This document shows, piece by piece, positions 1 to 10,400 of a stretch of 64,000 bases of DNA. Below the pieces are notes generated by a model. That model saw nothing but the letters and a program-made list of their open reading frames with translations. It searched no databases and was not told the origin of the DNA. A program made the position numbers and the translations under genes. Position 1 is the stretch's first letter, and each line of letters begins with the position of its first letter. This stretch comes from Patescibacteria group bacterium (GTDB taxonomy: Bacteria > Patescibacteriota > Microgenomatia > UBA1400 > PJMF01): positions 11,821-75,820 of the forward strand of contig JBDTME010000003.1 in NCBI GenBank assembly GCA_039934415.1, given 5' to 3'.

Positions 1-4
1 TGCG

Positions 5-1093
5 GTGATGAGAACGTATGGTAATGATAACCTCATTGAGGGAAACGAGATTCATGACACCCTCCAAGATGGAGTGTGGTTTTTTGGTAAAAGAAATACC
101 TTCCGGAAAAATCACATCTATAACATCAAACAACGCGCTGAAGATCCCCACATTGATTGTTTTCAGACTTGGGGACCAGCAGAAGATATCATTTTTGAGC
201 AAAACAACTGCCATAATCTTAATAAGCAAGGAAGTAATCAGTTGGTAATGGTAGAGAATCAGGGAACGGCAGCTATAAAAAACTTGACCTTTCGAAATAA
301 TATTTTCATCATGGATGATCCAGGATACTCTCCGATCAATATCGATCGTAAAGAAGGACAAAACACAATTTCAGGGATCTACGTCTACAATAACGTGTTC
401 TATAACACCGCGGGAGGGCAGAATGCCGTGCGTTTGACTGGTGTGGATACTGCTCGAATACAGAATAATCTGATCATCGGATACGGTTTGTTGCCGTCGT
501 CGTCGCCGTACTTCGGAGTAGTCGATGGCTCTCACGCCAGTACGGATATTGTCGTTTCTCATAATGCGATTGTTAAAAATCCAGGCACACAGTTGCGTAC
601 TACCTCATACCCTAATGACTTGTTGGACGTAGATCCTAAAATTGTGAGTTTAGCCAACTTGGATTTTCACTTACAGCCGACGTCGCCCTTGATTGACAAA
701 GGGGTTTCACTTGCCGGGAAAGTGACAAATGATTATGCAGGGAACGCTCGTCCAGTTGGAAGTGGTTATGATATTGGAGTGTATGAGGTTGCTGGTAGCG
801 TTGTGCCAACCGCTACTCAGACGATTGCACCAACCAAAGCTCCGACCAGTACACCAGTGAAAGTCCCTACGAGCACAGTTGGTCCGACCACAGTGCTCTC
901 AACTACACCAAGCTCAGATGTGTGTCGTGCAGATATCAATCGGAATGGTAAGGTCGATCTCGCTGATTATTCTTTTCTCGTCGCCGATTTTTTGAATCCA
1001 AACTTTCACCCAGAATCTGACATCAATCAAGATGGAGTAGTGGATCTTACCGATTACTCAATTCTCGTGGCCAACTTCCTCAAAGCGTGTTAA
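5..1093 (+). CDS. 5'-partial right-handed parallel beta-helix protein with a Pro/Thr linker and two C-terminal dockerin type-I-like repeats
   Basis: The ORF is open to the window edge. It has repeated NN(V/I)xxN beta-helix rungs and ends the helix with NDYAGNARPVGSGYDIGVYE, a typical beta-helix C-terminus. A PT-rich linker follows. The C-terminus carries DINRNGKVDLADYSFLVADFL and DINQDGVVDLTDYSILVANFL, which fit the Ca-binding dockerin repeat. Confidence 0.8.
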   Translation: MMRTYGNDNLIEGNEIHDTLQDGVWFFGKRNTFRKNHIYNIKQRAEDPHIDCFQTWGPAEDIIFEQNNCHNLNKQGSNQLVMVENQGTAAIKNLTFRNNIFIMDDPGYSPINIDRKEGQNTISGIYVYNNVFYNTAGGQNAVRLTGVDTARIQNNLIIGYGLLPSSSPYFGVVDGSHASTDIVVSHNAIVKNPGTQLRTTSYPNDLLDVDPKIVSLANLDFHLQPTSPLIDKGVSLAGKVTNDYAGNARPVGSGYDIGVYEVAGSVVPTATQTIAPTKAPTSTPVKVPTSTVGPTTVLSTTPSSDVCRADINRNGKVDLADYSFLVADFLNPNFHPESDINQDGVVDLTDYSILVANFLKAC

Positions 1094-1216
1094 CTCATTG
1101 TTCAGTGACATTTCTGTCTGTACGTTGTGCAATCGAAGTTGTGTTGAGTTGATAACTATTCAACCCTGCAGATCAAAGTCTGTCTAGATTTGCCGACTGA
1201 AGTTGTGGAGTTCACT

Positions 1217-3340
1217 CTATTGAGTAGCTGACGATGAAGCTTGAGGTTGGAGATCAGGACCTTTATTTAGGAGGTCTTCTTGGGTACCGAGCTCTACTGG
1301 AGGTTCGACTGCCTCTGGTTTATCCGGAAGTGGAGTCGGCGTCGGAGTTGGAGTCGGAGTCGGTGTTGGCTCAGCAGTGGTGGTTTTGACAGTCTTAGAG
1401 GATTCTTTTTGGGCTGCTGCTAACTTATCTTCAGCTGCGGTCAGGTTCTTCTTTAACTCCGTCAATTGATCTTGCTTGTTAGGAGTATCTGGACCAGCTT
1501 CAACGAGTCGTAGCGTTTGTTTGTATGCAGCGACAGCAGGCTCGTACTTGCCTTGTAGATCGAGAGACTTCGCCCAGTTGTAATACCCATTGGCATAATC
1601 CGGTTTTAATCGAATAGATTGCTCAAAGAAGACAGCGGCTTGTTCATAATTTTTGAGTTGCATGAAAATTGTACCGAGATCTACTCGCAACGTGGGATCA
1701 TTGGGAGAGCGTTGAATAGCTTGAACATATGTTGAAAAAGTAAACTGATCAGCATCTTTAACAGAACCGATAAGTGCTCGATAAATCTCAGCCATGACGC
1801 GCCAATTTTGAGAACGAATAGGATTGAGTTGAGCGGAAATGCGTGCTTCGCGAACGGCTTGCTGCATCAACTGCGCAACAGTATTGCGATCCTGATCAGT
1901 AATGTCTGTTTTCCCACTCAGTGAGTTTGCGAGTGCGAAATTAACTTGAGCATACCCTCGATGATAGGAATCTCGGTAAGGATTGAATCGAAGAGCTTGT
2001 TGTTGAGCCTGATAAATTGTATTTCCATTGTTTGTCTGTACAGCAGTGACAGCTTTTGCAGAGAAGTACTCACCAATGCCAATTTTCCCAAAAGAAAACA
2101 GAAAGAGGAGTGAGACGATGATCACGACACCACCAATGACGTAACTGATGATCGGCGAGAGTGACAGTTCTCGATCATTTTCTTGACGTAATTTGAGTGA
2201 TGCAAAATGAAATACCATCTCTCTAATTGAAGGGTGTTCGGCCATCTCCAGAGAGACGATCCAGACAATTAACGCTAGAGATTGCAACATTAATAGAACG
2301 AGATTGGGTGGGAGGAGGAGTTGAAAGACAAAGCTACTCAAGACCAATGCCGCGATGCCACGAGATTCTTTGGGTGTTGAGAGTGACAGTCGAACTGATT
2401 GCAAGACAAGAAATATCCAAGCAAAAACGCCGACAAGTCCGAGTGTCACGCTCAAAAAGAGTGGAGTGTTGCTGCCAACTTGAAACACTACGTTCCAATA
2501 GGGGGTGGCATTGATACTAACCGGTTTGTTGCTGGTAAATGCATCTGCAAATCCATTGGGACCGATACCAGTTACCAGCATGGGGAGCGATTTAAAATTC
2601 TCAACGGCAATGACCCAGTTGGTGTACATTGGTAATAAGACTGGAGCATTTGGTCTACCTGGGAACAACATGAATACGTGTAAACCTATACTCAAGGTGA
2701 TAATGACCGCTGCCGTAATTTCAAATATTTTATCTTGCCATTTTCTCGAATAGAAAATGTGGACGAGTGTGGCGATGAGTATAGGAATCAAAAATGACAG
2801 TGTGATCAACGGTGATCCTGAAGGAGAGAACTGGAATCCTTCGGGTAGTCTGAGTTGAAAGACTTGGTTGAGAATCAAGGTGGGACCGACGTTAAACATT
2901 TGAAGTGCACTGACGATACTGAGAATGATGCCCATCGACATTGCGATTTCCAAGAAAGTGGCGGCGCTCACTTTTTTGATCATCGTTGAAGCCATGATGA
3001 CCCAGATACTAAGCAGGAATAATGCACCCAACATCCCTGAGATATCTTCGAAGAAGTAGAGTGGCGAAAAGAATGACGAGATCAAAACCGAAACAATGAA
3101 CAACGACAGAGGGAGCAAGAAGCTGCTGCCTTTGAGGGAGAACTCTTTAGTTTTAAAAAGAGAGACGGCCCAACTTATCGCTGCAATGATCGTGAGTATT
3201 CCAATCACCAAAAATTTTGGTGTATCAAATACATTTTCGACAAACGGGAAAAATAGGAGTGGAACAGTAACAAGTCCTACATATACTAAAACTACATTTA
3301 GTTTGGAAAGAAATATACTAGTTGAATCATGTGCCTGCAT
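1217..3340 (-). CDS. Polytopic membrane protein of the O-antigen ligase/polymerase (Wzy_C-like) family with C-terminal TPR repeats and a (TP)n tail
   Basis: More than 10 predicted TM helices; a GIGPNGFADAF motif like the Wzy_C G-x-G-x-G-F; TPR-like repeats (NYEQAAVFFEQSIRLKPDYANGYYNWAKSLDLQGKYEPAVAAYKQTL); a TPTPTPTPTPTP tail. Confidence 0.7.
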   Translation of the reverse strand: MQAHDSTSIFLSKLNVVLVYVGLVTVPLLFFPFVENVFDTPKFLVIGILTIIAAISWAVSLFKTKEFSLKGSSFLLPLSLFIVSVLISSFFSPLYFFEDISGMLGALFLLSIWVIMASTMIKKVSAATFLEIAMSMGIILSIVSALQMFNVGPTLILNQVFQLRLPEGFQFSPSGSPLITLSFLIPILIATLVHIFYSRKWQDKIFEITAAVIITLSIGLHVFMLFPGRPNAPVLLPMYTNWVIAVENFKSLPMLVTGIGPNGFADAFTSNKPVSINATPYWNVVFQVGSNTPLFLSVTLGLVGVFAWIFLVLQSVRLSLSTPKESRGIAALVLSSFVFQLLLPPNLVLLMLQSLALIVWIVSLEMAEHPSIREMVFHFASLKLRQENDRELSLSPIISYVIGGVVIIVSLLFLFSFGKIGIGEYFSAKAVTAVQTNNGNTIYQAQQQALRFNPYRDSYHRGYAQVNFALANSLSGKTDITDQDRNTVAQLMQQAVREARISAQLNPIRSQNWRVMAEIYRALIGSVKDADQFTFSTYVQAIQRSPNDPTLRVDLGTIFMQLKNYEQAAVFFEQSIRLKPDYANGYYNWAKSLDLQGKYEPAVAAYKQTLRLVEAGPDTPNKQDQLTELKKNLTAAEDKLAAAQKESSKTVKTTTAEPTPTPTPTPTPTPLPDKPEAVEPPVELGTQEDLLNKGPDLQPQASSSATQ

Positions 3341-3416
3341 ATGTAGCCAGAGTATAAATTATAGTTTTCTGTAATGCTAGATTAACAAAATGTATCATAT
3401 ATTAAAAATGTTTTGG

Positions 3417-6400
3417 TTATGGTGCTCCTGTATCAGGTCCAAATCGAGCAGTGGATGCGTCGTTTTTCACGAGCTTGACTTGGATGGGAGTGAGTGCGTA
3501 CGGGTAAAGTCTGACGTCATCGACGAGTCCTGCAAAGTAATTAGTTGATGTATACGATCGGGTTCCAATCCGAATATTTGAAGTTGTTGCCATCGCGTCA
3601 GTTCCCATCGCTGTTGCCGTTCCGTTCGCTTGGCCGTCAATATAAACTTGACCATTTCCATCGCGATCGATGGTGCAGCCAATGTGGTGCCAGTTGGTAT
3701 CGGTGATAGCGGAAGTACTGGTGACGTCGGTATTATCCTCACTACATAAGACTAGATTGGAACTATTAAACATCATACGCCAGCCATCATTGTCGGCGTC
3801 TTCTTTACTGATGATGTACTCTGTGCCTGTAGTAGTTCGTTTGACCCAAGCAAAGATGGAGAAGTCCTGGGTGGATGGATTGAAGCGTAGATTGGTAGAG
3901 TCGCTGACTTGGACGTAGTCATCCGTGCCATCAAGGCCTATGGCATAGTTTCTTTTGCCTGTGGTGCCAGCGTTCCACGCCTCGGTACTGGTACCAGAGC
4001 CACAGGTGCCAGTTGAGGTATAGGTACTTGTGGCGCCGATAGTGACGGTTCCTGTATAGGTATTTCCTGATGAGTCATTGGCAGTGGTGGCTTGGCAATC
4101 ATCCATCTTCCATTGGGCGAGTGGAGCGCCTCGGTTATAGTCATACCAGATCTGTGAATTGGTACGTGCATAATTATAAAATTTAAACTCGTCAAGTTTG
4201 CCTTCATACATCTCACCATCATAGCAAGTACTCGTAGCGACAGAGGCACAGGCGAGGAAAGAGTAGTCAGTGTTCTCGTCGATGTCAGCAAAAAAACAGT
4301 TTGTCGATGAAGAACCAGATGTGTAGGTCACTGTGACTTGTATCCCGTCAATGTACATCTTGTTGCCACTGCCATTTGCCACCCAAGTGAAGTAATGCCA
4401 GGCAGTTTGTGTCCCAGGCAAGGCGGAATATCCTTCGATATTTGTGCCTCCGTCGCAGCCAGTTGTCCAGACATTTACTCGATCAGTAGAACGTTCGTAG
4501 GCAAACTCGATACCATTATTATTGCATGCGGTATCACACATTGAGAACATGTCCTGGAAATCATCTCCAGTATCATCTGGTTTGAACCAAAAGCCCATGG
4601 TGCCGACTGTGTAGCCATCAAAGATGTCTGTACCGAAGTAGCCGCTAGTATTCACGCTTGTTTCACTCCCATCAAAATGTATACCTGAGCCATAATAGCC
4701 AGGTTGCCAGGCATAAGTTTGTCGCAAAGCTGCATCGAGGCCGTTGCCAGAGTGATCGACAGCTGTTGCTCCCGTGTTTTCGTCCATGTTGAGATAGATA
4801 ATTGGAGAGGTACCAGTGCCATCAGTCGACTGTGCACTTTCGACGGTCCCGTTACTGAAGTTGGTGGTGGAGTTTGCGTTATAATCCACTTCAACTTCTT
4901 GGTCTGTCAGTAGTGCAGAATACATTTTCACTTCGTCAATCTTGCCGGTAAAGGCTGTATTGGTAGCGACTGCATCTGTTGTGTCATAATCACCAACCGC
5001 GAAGTCAGAACCCAGGTCTTCTATGCCAAGGAAAGAAGCATTGACAGTGTTTTGTTGGATGAGATGTCCGTTCACATAGAGCTTGAGATCACCTGCTGCT
5101 CCAGCGATACCTCCGTTAAATGTAAACATGACGTGATACCACGTGTTAGTTGAGACGAGGTCGTTCGATTGTGAGGCTGTCAGCGCTTGAGAGGCAGATT
5201 CGTCATATACTTGGACTGCGAAATTCCCGGTTGTGTCTCCGTCATCATTAGTGACGTAGAGTTTATACGCAGCTTGGTTACTCGTGTCGTCCCACTTCGT
5301 GATAATGGCATCTTGTTCGCCTGAACCTGGCATAGTGGTGACGTACACCCAGGCTGAGCCAGAGAAAGGTTCAGCAGCGTTAAAGTCCACTTCACTGTCA
5401 GATGCCGTGGCAAGACTGACTCGATCGTTGGTCCCATCAAAGAGGAGCCCACTACTGTACTTACCACTAGTGGTCCAACCAGAAGTAGTGGTAGCCGGGG
5501 ATGACATATTGGTGAGGGTGCCGTTGGAGGCATTTCCAGAGCCTGTGTCATTTGCGGTAGTGCTGTAGTTTTCATCAAATTTCCAATTAAGTACTTGCGA
5601 TCCGGCCAGTGAGGCAATCTCTTGAGTACTCAAAGCACGGTTATAGAGGCGAACATCATCGATGGTACCATCAAATGAGTTATTGAAACTATTATCGAGT
5701 GAGCCAATATGGAGTCTATCAGAGTTTGTCCAAGAGCCTGTGTAGGCTACGGTGGTAAGTAGTTGGCCGTTAGTATAAAAAATGACAGCAGTTGAGGTTT
5801 TAACGAGCACGACATGAATCCACTTGCCTGTGGTAATCGCGCCAACTGCACTACTGGCGGTGCCATTGACACCAGATTCGCCAGATAGAAATTGTAGCGT
5901 ACCTGCAGAGTTAAAAAAAAGTTCGTAATCTAGAGTGCCATTGGTGGAACGTTTAGAGAAGAGTGCTTTTGTGGCTGCCACAGTATTCGCTTTCATCCAC
6001 AGTGAGATCGTCATGTCGGTCGCTGAAGTATCAAGTGAAGTACTATTTAGAATCTGAACGTCGTCAGTGGTGCCATCAAACGCGACACCTGCACCATACA
6101 GTCCAGTCGTGAAGGTGGCACCATTTTGCCAGGCACCATCGTTGCCTTGTCCTGACTTATCACAAGTATCATTTGAACCACCCGAACATGTGTTTGCACC
6201 GGTTTCATCCATTGGCCAGTAGCCAATGAGTCCTTGGCTTAACAAGTCATTTTTCTGTTTGCCTAATACAGCTGAAGACCCTCGACTTGTTGCGCCTTTG
6301 ATCGTGTCTGTTTTTACCTCACTGGCACTACGCGCATAGCGATATATTTTCACCTCATCGAGGTACCCATCCCACCCAGAAGTTCCGGTACTGTCGTTTC

Positions 6401-7493
6401 CCACATACAAAGCATCCGCATTGGCCAGGGAACCCACTCCGGAAATGGAGGTGTTTTGGTTTACCTGTGAACCATCAATGTATAGGGTAAGTGATGAATT
6501 TCCATTTTTTACACAAGAGAAATAATGCCAAGTGCTGTCGTCATAATTGGCATTCGTGGTACCAGCAGAAGCATCGGGGTCAAATGTGTCATCGTCGTCA
6601 ATCCCACAGACTATATCACCGTCAGCATCCATATAGACTTTATACCCTCCATCGGATCCAGCGACACCGTGTTTGCCTACAATGTAGTCTATTGCAGAAA
6701 TTCCTGCGTGTTTAAACCAACCAGAGATTGTGAAACTATCTGATGCAGTGAAATCAAAATCTGAGTCATCAGCCCGTGTCAAATAGTCACCACTCCCATC
6801 GAAATTAAGACATGTTCCAGAAACGCACTGATCTTTTGAGGTCCAAGTGCCGTTTGTTTTAGCTAGATCTTTGCCATTACTCGTTTGATCACATGCATCA
6901 TTACTTCCTCCAGAGCAGGAATCATTAGCGCTTTCGTCGAACTTCCAAAATGCAGTAGGACCAGGAGATGCAACTTCGTTTGTTCGATCAGTGATCGATG
7001 CTGGATCGCCACCGGAAGGTGTAAGAGCAGTAGTTCCTGTCGAATCCACTTCCACATTCGTCGCTAAGGGGTTGCCATAATAGATGTAGCCCACATTTGT
7101 GCCATTGATGATATTAGGAAAAATAATTTCGTACGTGGTGGCAGCGTTATTACAGGTACCGGTCAGGTCAAAGTTGAGCAGCTTCCCGTTGATATCAGTA
7201 AAGCGAGTATCGTCACAGTCAGACTGCATGATGCCGGCCGCGATCATCTCAGCTGTATCAAACGTAAAGGTGATCTTGCGATCTGCTGAGACCGTTGCGT
7301 TGTGGGTGAAGGTGAACCTTTGACGATAATGGTAGCCATCATCAAACCAGGTTGCTCCAGCTTTACCAGGGTGGAGGATTAAGGTGTATGCAGCTGGCAA
7401 GAGCAACAAGACGAATACCAGCACCAACGTCAATACATAACGGGGATTCATCCTTCGCATTTTCGACTGGTGGTTTTTTCTTCTAAGGAACAT
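3417..7493 (-). CDS. Secreted or anchored 1358-aa protein with 5-6 LamG / concanavalin A-like lectin domains
   Basis: N-terminal signal/anchor (LTLVLVFVLLLLPAAYTLIL). The LamG hallmark recurs: DGYLDEVKIYRYARSASEV, DGTIDDVRLYNRALSTQEIASL, GKIDEVKMYSALLTDQEVE, GKLDEFKFYNYARTNSQI, LVDDVRLYPYALTPIQV. The start lies 6 nt after the stop of the giant gene on the same strand. Confidence 0.8.
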   Translation of the reverse strand: MFLRRKNHQSKMRRMNPRYVLTLVLVFVLLLLPAAYTLILHPGKAGATWFDDGYHYRQRFTFTHNATVSADRKITFTFDTAEMIAAGIMQSDCDDTRFTDINGKLLNFDLTGTCNNAATTYEIIFPNIINGTNVGYIYYGNPLATNVEVDSTGTTALTPSGGDPASITDRTNEVASPGPTAFWKFDESANDSCSGGSNDACDQTSNGKDLAKTNGTWTSKDQCVSGTCLNFDGSGDYLTRADDSDFDFTASDSFTISGWFKHAGISAIDYIVGKHGVAGSDGGYKVYMDADGDIVCGIDDDDTFDPDASAGTTNANYDDSTWHYFSCVKNGNSSLTLYIDGSQVNQNTSISGVGSLANADALYVGNDSTGTSGWDGYLDEVKIYRYARSASEVKTDTIKGATSRGSSAVLGKQKNDLLSQGLIGYWPMDETGANTCSGGSNDTCDKSGQGNDGAWQNGATFTTGLYGAGVAFDGTTDDVQILNSTSLDTSATDMTISLWMKANTVAATKALFSKRSTNGTLDYELFFNSAGTLQFLSGESGVNGTASSAVGAITTGKWIHVVLVKTSTAVIFYTNGQLLTTVAYTGSWTNSDRLHIGSLDNSFNNSFDGTIDDVRLYNRALSTQEIASLAGSQVLNWKFDENYSTTANDTGSGNASNGTLTNMSSPATTTSGWTTSGKYSSGLLFDGTNDRVSLATASDSEVDFNAAEPFSGSAWVYVTTMPGSGEQDAIITKWDDTSNQAAYKLYVTNDDGDTTGNFAVQVYDESASQALTASQSNDLVSTNTWYHVMFTFNGGIAGAAGDLKLYVNGHLIQQNTVNASFLGIEDLGSDFAVGDYDTTDAVATNTAFTGKIDEVKMYSALLTDQEVEVDYNANSTTNFSNGTVESAQSTDGTGTSPIIYLNMDENTGATAVDHSGNGLDAALRQTYAWQPGYYGSGIHFDGSETSVNTSGYFGTDIFDGYTVGTMGFWFKPDDTGDDFQDMFSMCDTACNNNGIEFAYERSTDRVNVWTTGCDGGTNIEGYSALPGTQTAWHYFTWVANGSGNKMYIDGIQVTVTYTSGSSSTNCFFADIDENTDYSFLACASVATSTCYDGEMYEGKLDEFKFYNYARTNSQIWYDYNRGAPLAQWKMDDCQATTANDSSGNTYTGTVTIGATSTYTSTGTCGSGTSTEAWNAGTTGKRNYAIGLDGTDDYVQVSDSTNLRFNPSTQDFSIFAWVKRTTTGTEYIISKEDADNDGWRMMFNSSNLVLCSEDNTDVTSTSAITDTNWHHIGCTIDRDGNGQVYIDGQANGTATAMGTDAMATTSNIRIGTRSYTSTNYFAGLVDDVRLYPYALTPIQVKLVKNDASTARFGPDTGAP

Positions 7494-7499
7494 TGGTTT

Positions 7500-10400
7500 T
7501 TACTCTACTTTCACAATCCAGAAATTAAAGTTGATATCCTGAGTGACGGCATTCTTTATGCCCACTGTGAATGATTTTTGGCAAGAGGCGAGTGCCAGTG
7601 GACCATTACATGTTTCCTTGGATTTTAGATAGAGTACTTGGTTGGCGGTATCCGAAGTCGGGGTGAGGTAGATGAGACCGTTTTCAGAAACATTGTTGTT
7701 CTCAATCGTAAGCTCCGTTGCTAGTGCTGGCAAGATCATACTACCGGCAGTTTTGTTTTTGGCAGCTTGTGAGATTGAGGCGGAGTCTGTTGCTTGAGAA
7801 ACAGGTTGTTTAATGACGATGCCTTGAGTAGCCAGGTCCTTGAATCGAGCGGATCCAGAGGCGTCAATCGAAGCGACTGCCGAGTTACTTGCATCAAGAA
7901 TGGAGAACTTAGACTGGGTTGATTCACCCAACACTGCAGATTCAGTTGCGAGTTTGAGAGTGAAGTCACTTGAGTAATCATTTAACTGCATCGCATTTGT
8001 GTTCAATTGTTGCTTCACAGCTAAGTTTCCATTGACGACCAAATCTCCGTTTATTTCCACGTTTCCGTCGGGATTGAGTACTAATAGTCCGGCAAGGATA
8101 TTTACCGTGGCAGTGTTGGTGGGTTGGATGAACAACGTTTGTCCAGCGACAGCAATAGTATCACCGGTAAAGAGCAAGTTGTTTCCAATTGTTAAGTTTG
8201 ATGAGACAGATGCAGAGTTGAGTTGAGTGTATCCCGCTACTGATAAGTACTCTTTAACGAATAGGGCACTTGGTGCCAAGACGAGGTCTTCACTGGTCAA
8301 CTGAATATTTTGTTGTTGAGCTATTGATTGAATCGCAGCTGAGACTGACGCATCGCTGGAGCCAGTAAGTTGAGACATAAATTGATCAAAGGCAGAAGAC
8401 TTGACTGTTTGTGGAGCCTGTTGGATTGCTTGAGTAATTTGTTCAGTTTGTGCAGATAATGAGGCGAGATAGCTATCATTGTCAGTGATGATATTTTGAA
8501 TACTGCGGCCATCAGACAAGAATAGTTCACCGGAGATTGTTGCTGATCCAACCTCGAGAGAAGCGAGCTGTGCTTGTTGGGCTTTGAGCTGTTCGAAGCG
8601 ACCAGTGCTGGCCTGGACTGAACCAGAAGCGATCAAGTCTTGTTGAGCCGAGATGGTGCCAACAATGTCTGTGTTACCTTGTTGATCTATAGTCAAGATG
8701 TCTTGATTGTTCTTATTTGTGATGTGCAGTTTATTCTGATCAGCGTCTCCAAGATTAAAGCTGAGTTGCTGCCCACTGATTGGAGAGATCAGCGAAGTCT
8801 GAACCTTTGGTGTAATGAGTTTATCTTTGATGGTGATGCGATCGGCGATCAACTCTTTCGTTGTGATCAGTCCTGCTTGGATTTCACCCACAATTAAGCG
8901 AGCGAAGACTCCAACTCTACTTACTACTTGAGAAGTGGCGTCTGCAATGACTGAAAAACGGCCGTTTGCAGATTGGCTTGGTGTTTGGATCGTGTAATTA
9001 CTGCTCAATGAGCCGTCAGTACTGAGTGTGAGACCCATTGCATTGTCTTTGACAAATGATTCATACAGGACTGAGATGAGTTTGTGTTTTTTGCCGCCTG
9101 CGGTGGTAGTAGTGACGGTTGACCAATCGACCGGTTCTGCGACACGGGCGAAGATGTAACTCTTGTCAAACTGGCCTGCCTCTTTCATAGCATGACCTTC
9201 AACATTGGAGGAGATCAAGTAATCACCAGCTTGCAGGTTTTCGCCTTGATCGACGACCCAGACCTCACCGTTTCCAGCTGCCATGATCAACTGAGGATTT
9301 TTGTTCGAAGCAGGTTGAGAGGATTCTTGGAGCGCTAGATATGAGCCAAGAATTTTAGGATCATTGGCTACTGTAGACTTGACTACTCCATATAAAATTT
9401 CGGACTCGACTCGATCTCCAAGTCGTCGGTTGTCATCAGTCAGTGTGACGATCTCACCTTTGTTGATGGATTGATCTGTCCAAGCATAGTGTGATCCTGT
9501 GAAGGCGTTGTAGGAAACTGTAGTGCCTGAGACTGAGATAGAACCTTCTTGCGTGCCATCTTGTTGAAGCGAGATGATCGTTCCGTCACTGGTGTTGCGA
9601 TTGAAACTGGCCACAGTAGTTCCAGAGACAGTGAACAATGAACCGCCCGGAGCATCGACGTTGAGGAGTCCAGTGCCATATGTTCGCAGAGTGAGATTAT
9701 TATTTTCAAAAGTTTCGCCTGAGGCAATCGTGAGTGGTCCATTCGATTTGATAAAGCTAGCGGTTTGATTGGTGAACTGAATATCATAAGCAATTGCGAC
9801 ATCACCGGCTGCAGTGAACTCGGCAGGTAAGGCATTACTAATCAGAGATTGCGACACGCCAAAGACTTCACTGCTATCATCTTGGACGCTGAAAATTTTA
9901 CTGATGTTCCCATACGTACCCACGTTTAAGGTCAACAAACTACTGCCCGCTGAGGCGAAGATCTCGGTAGAACCTGAAGGTGACCAGTCGAAGTTGGCAA
10001 AATCAGATGTCGTTAAAACGGTTGAAGTAGAGGAGACGTTGATCGCTCTTCCTGTGGTCAAGCCATTTTCAGTGATGTTGAGTGCGTTGGCAGTTGCGAT
10101 CGAGTTTGCCGTGATGTCGATCAGATTCTCAGTAGCGAGTGCGCCAGACCAGTCGATGTCAAAGAGGCCTCCTCGAGTACCAGCACCATTTAAATCGAAC
10201 GTTGCGACCGCACCAGTTGAGTTGTTATCGTTGACTTCAAACATACTGGCAGTTCTGACCGAGGCAGAGTTCCCAACAACTAAAGCTTGGGCGTTGACCG
10301 CGGTAGCGCCCAAATCAATATTAATGACGTCACCAGTTGCAGCTTGAGCGCCAATATTGACATCAATCAGATTTGAGGTGAAAGCACCTGATGTGGTGAG

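Noticed and set aside
2227-3374. Several 78-95-aa plus-strand ORFs inside the Wzy/TPR gene
   Set aside because: They are fully nested antisense to a long membrane-protein ORF that has a coherent TM/TPR architecture. They are shadow ORFs.
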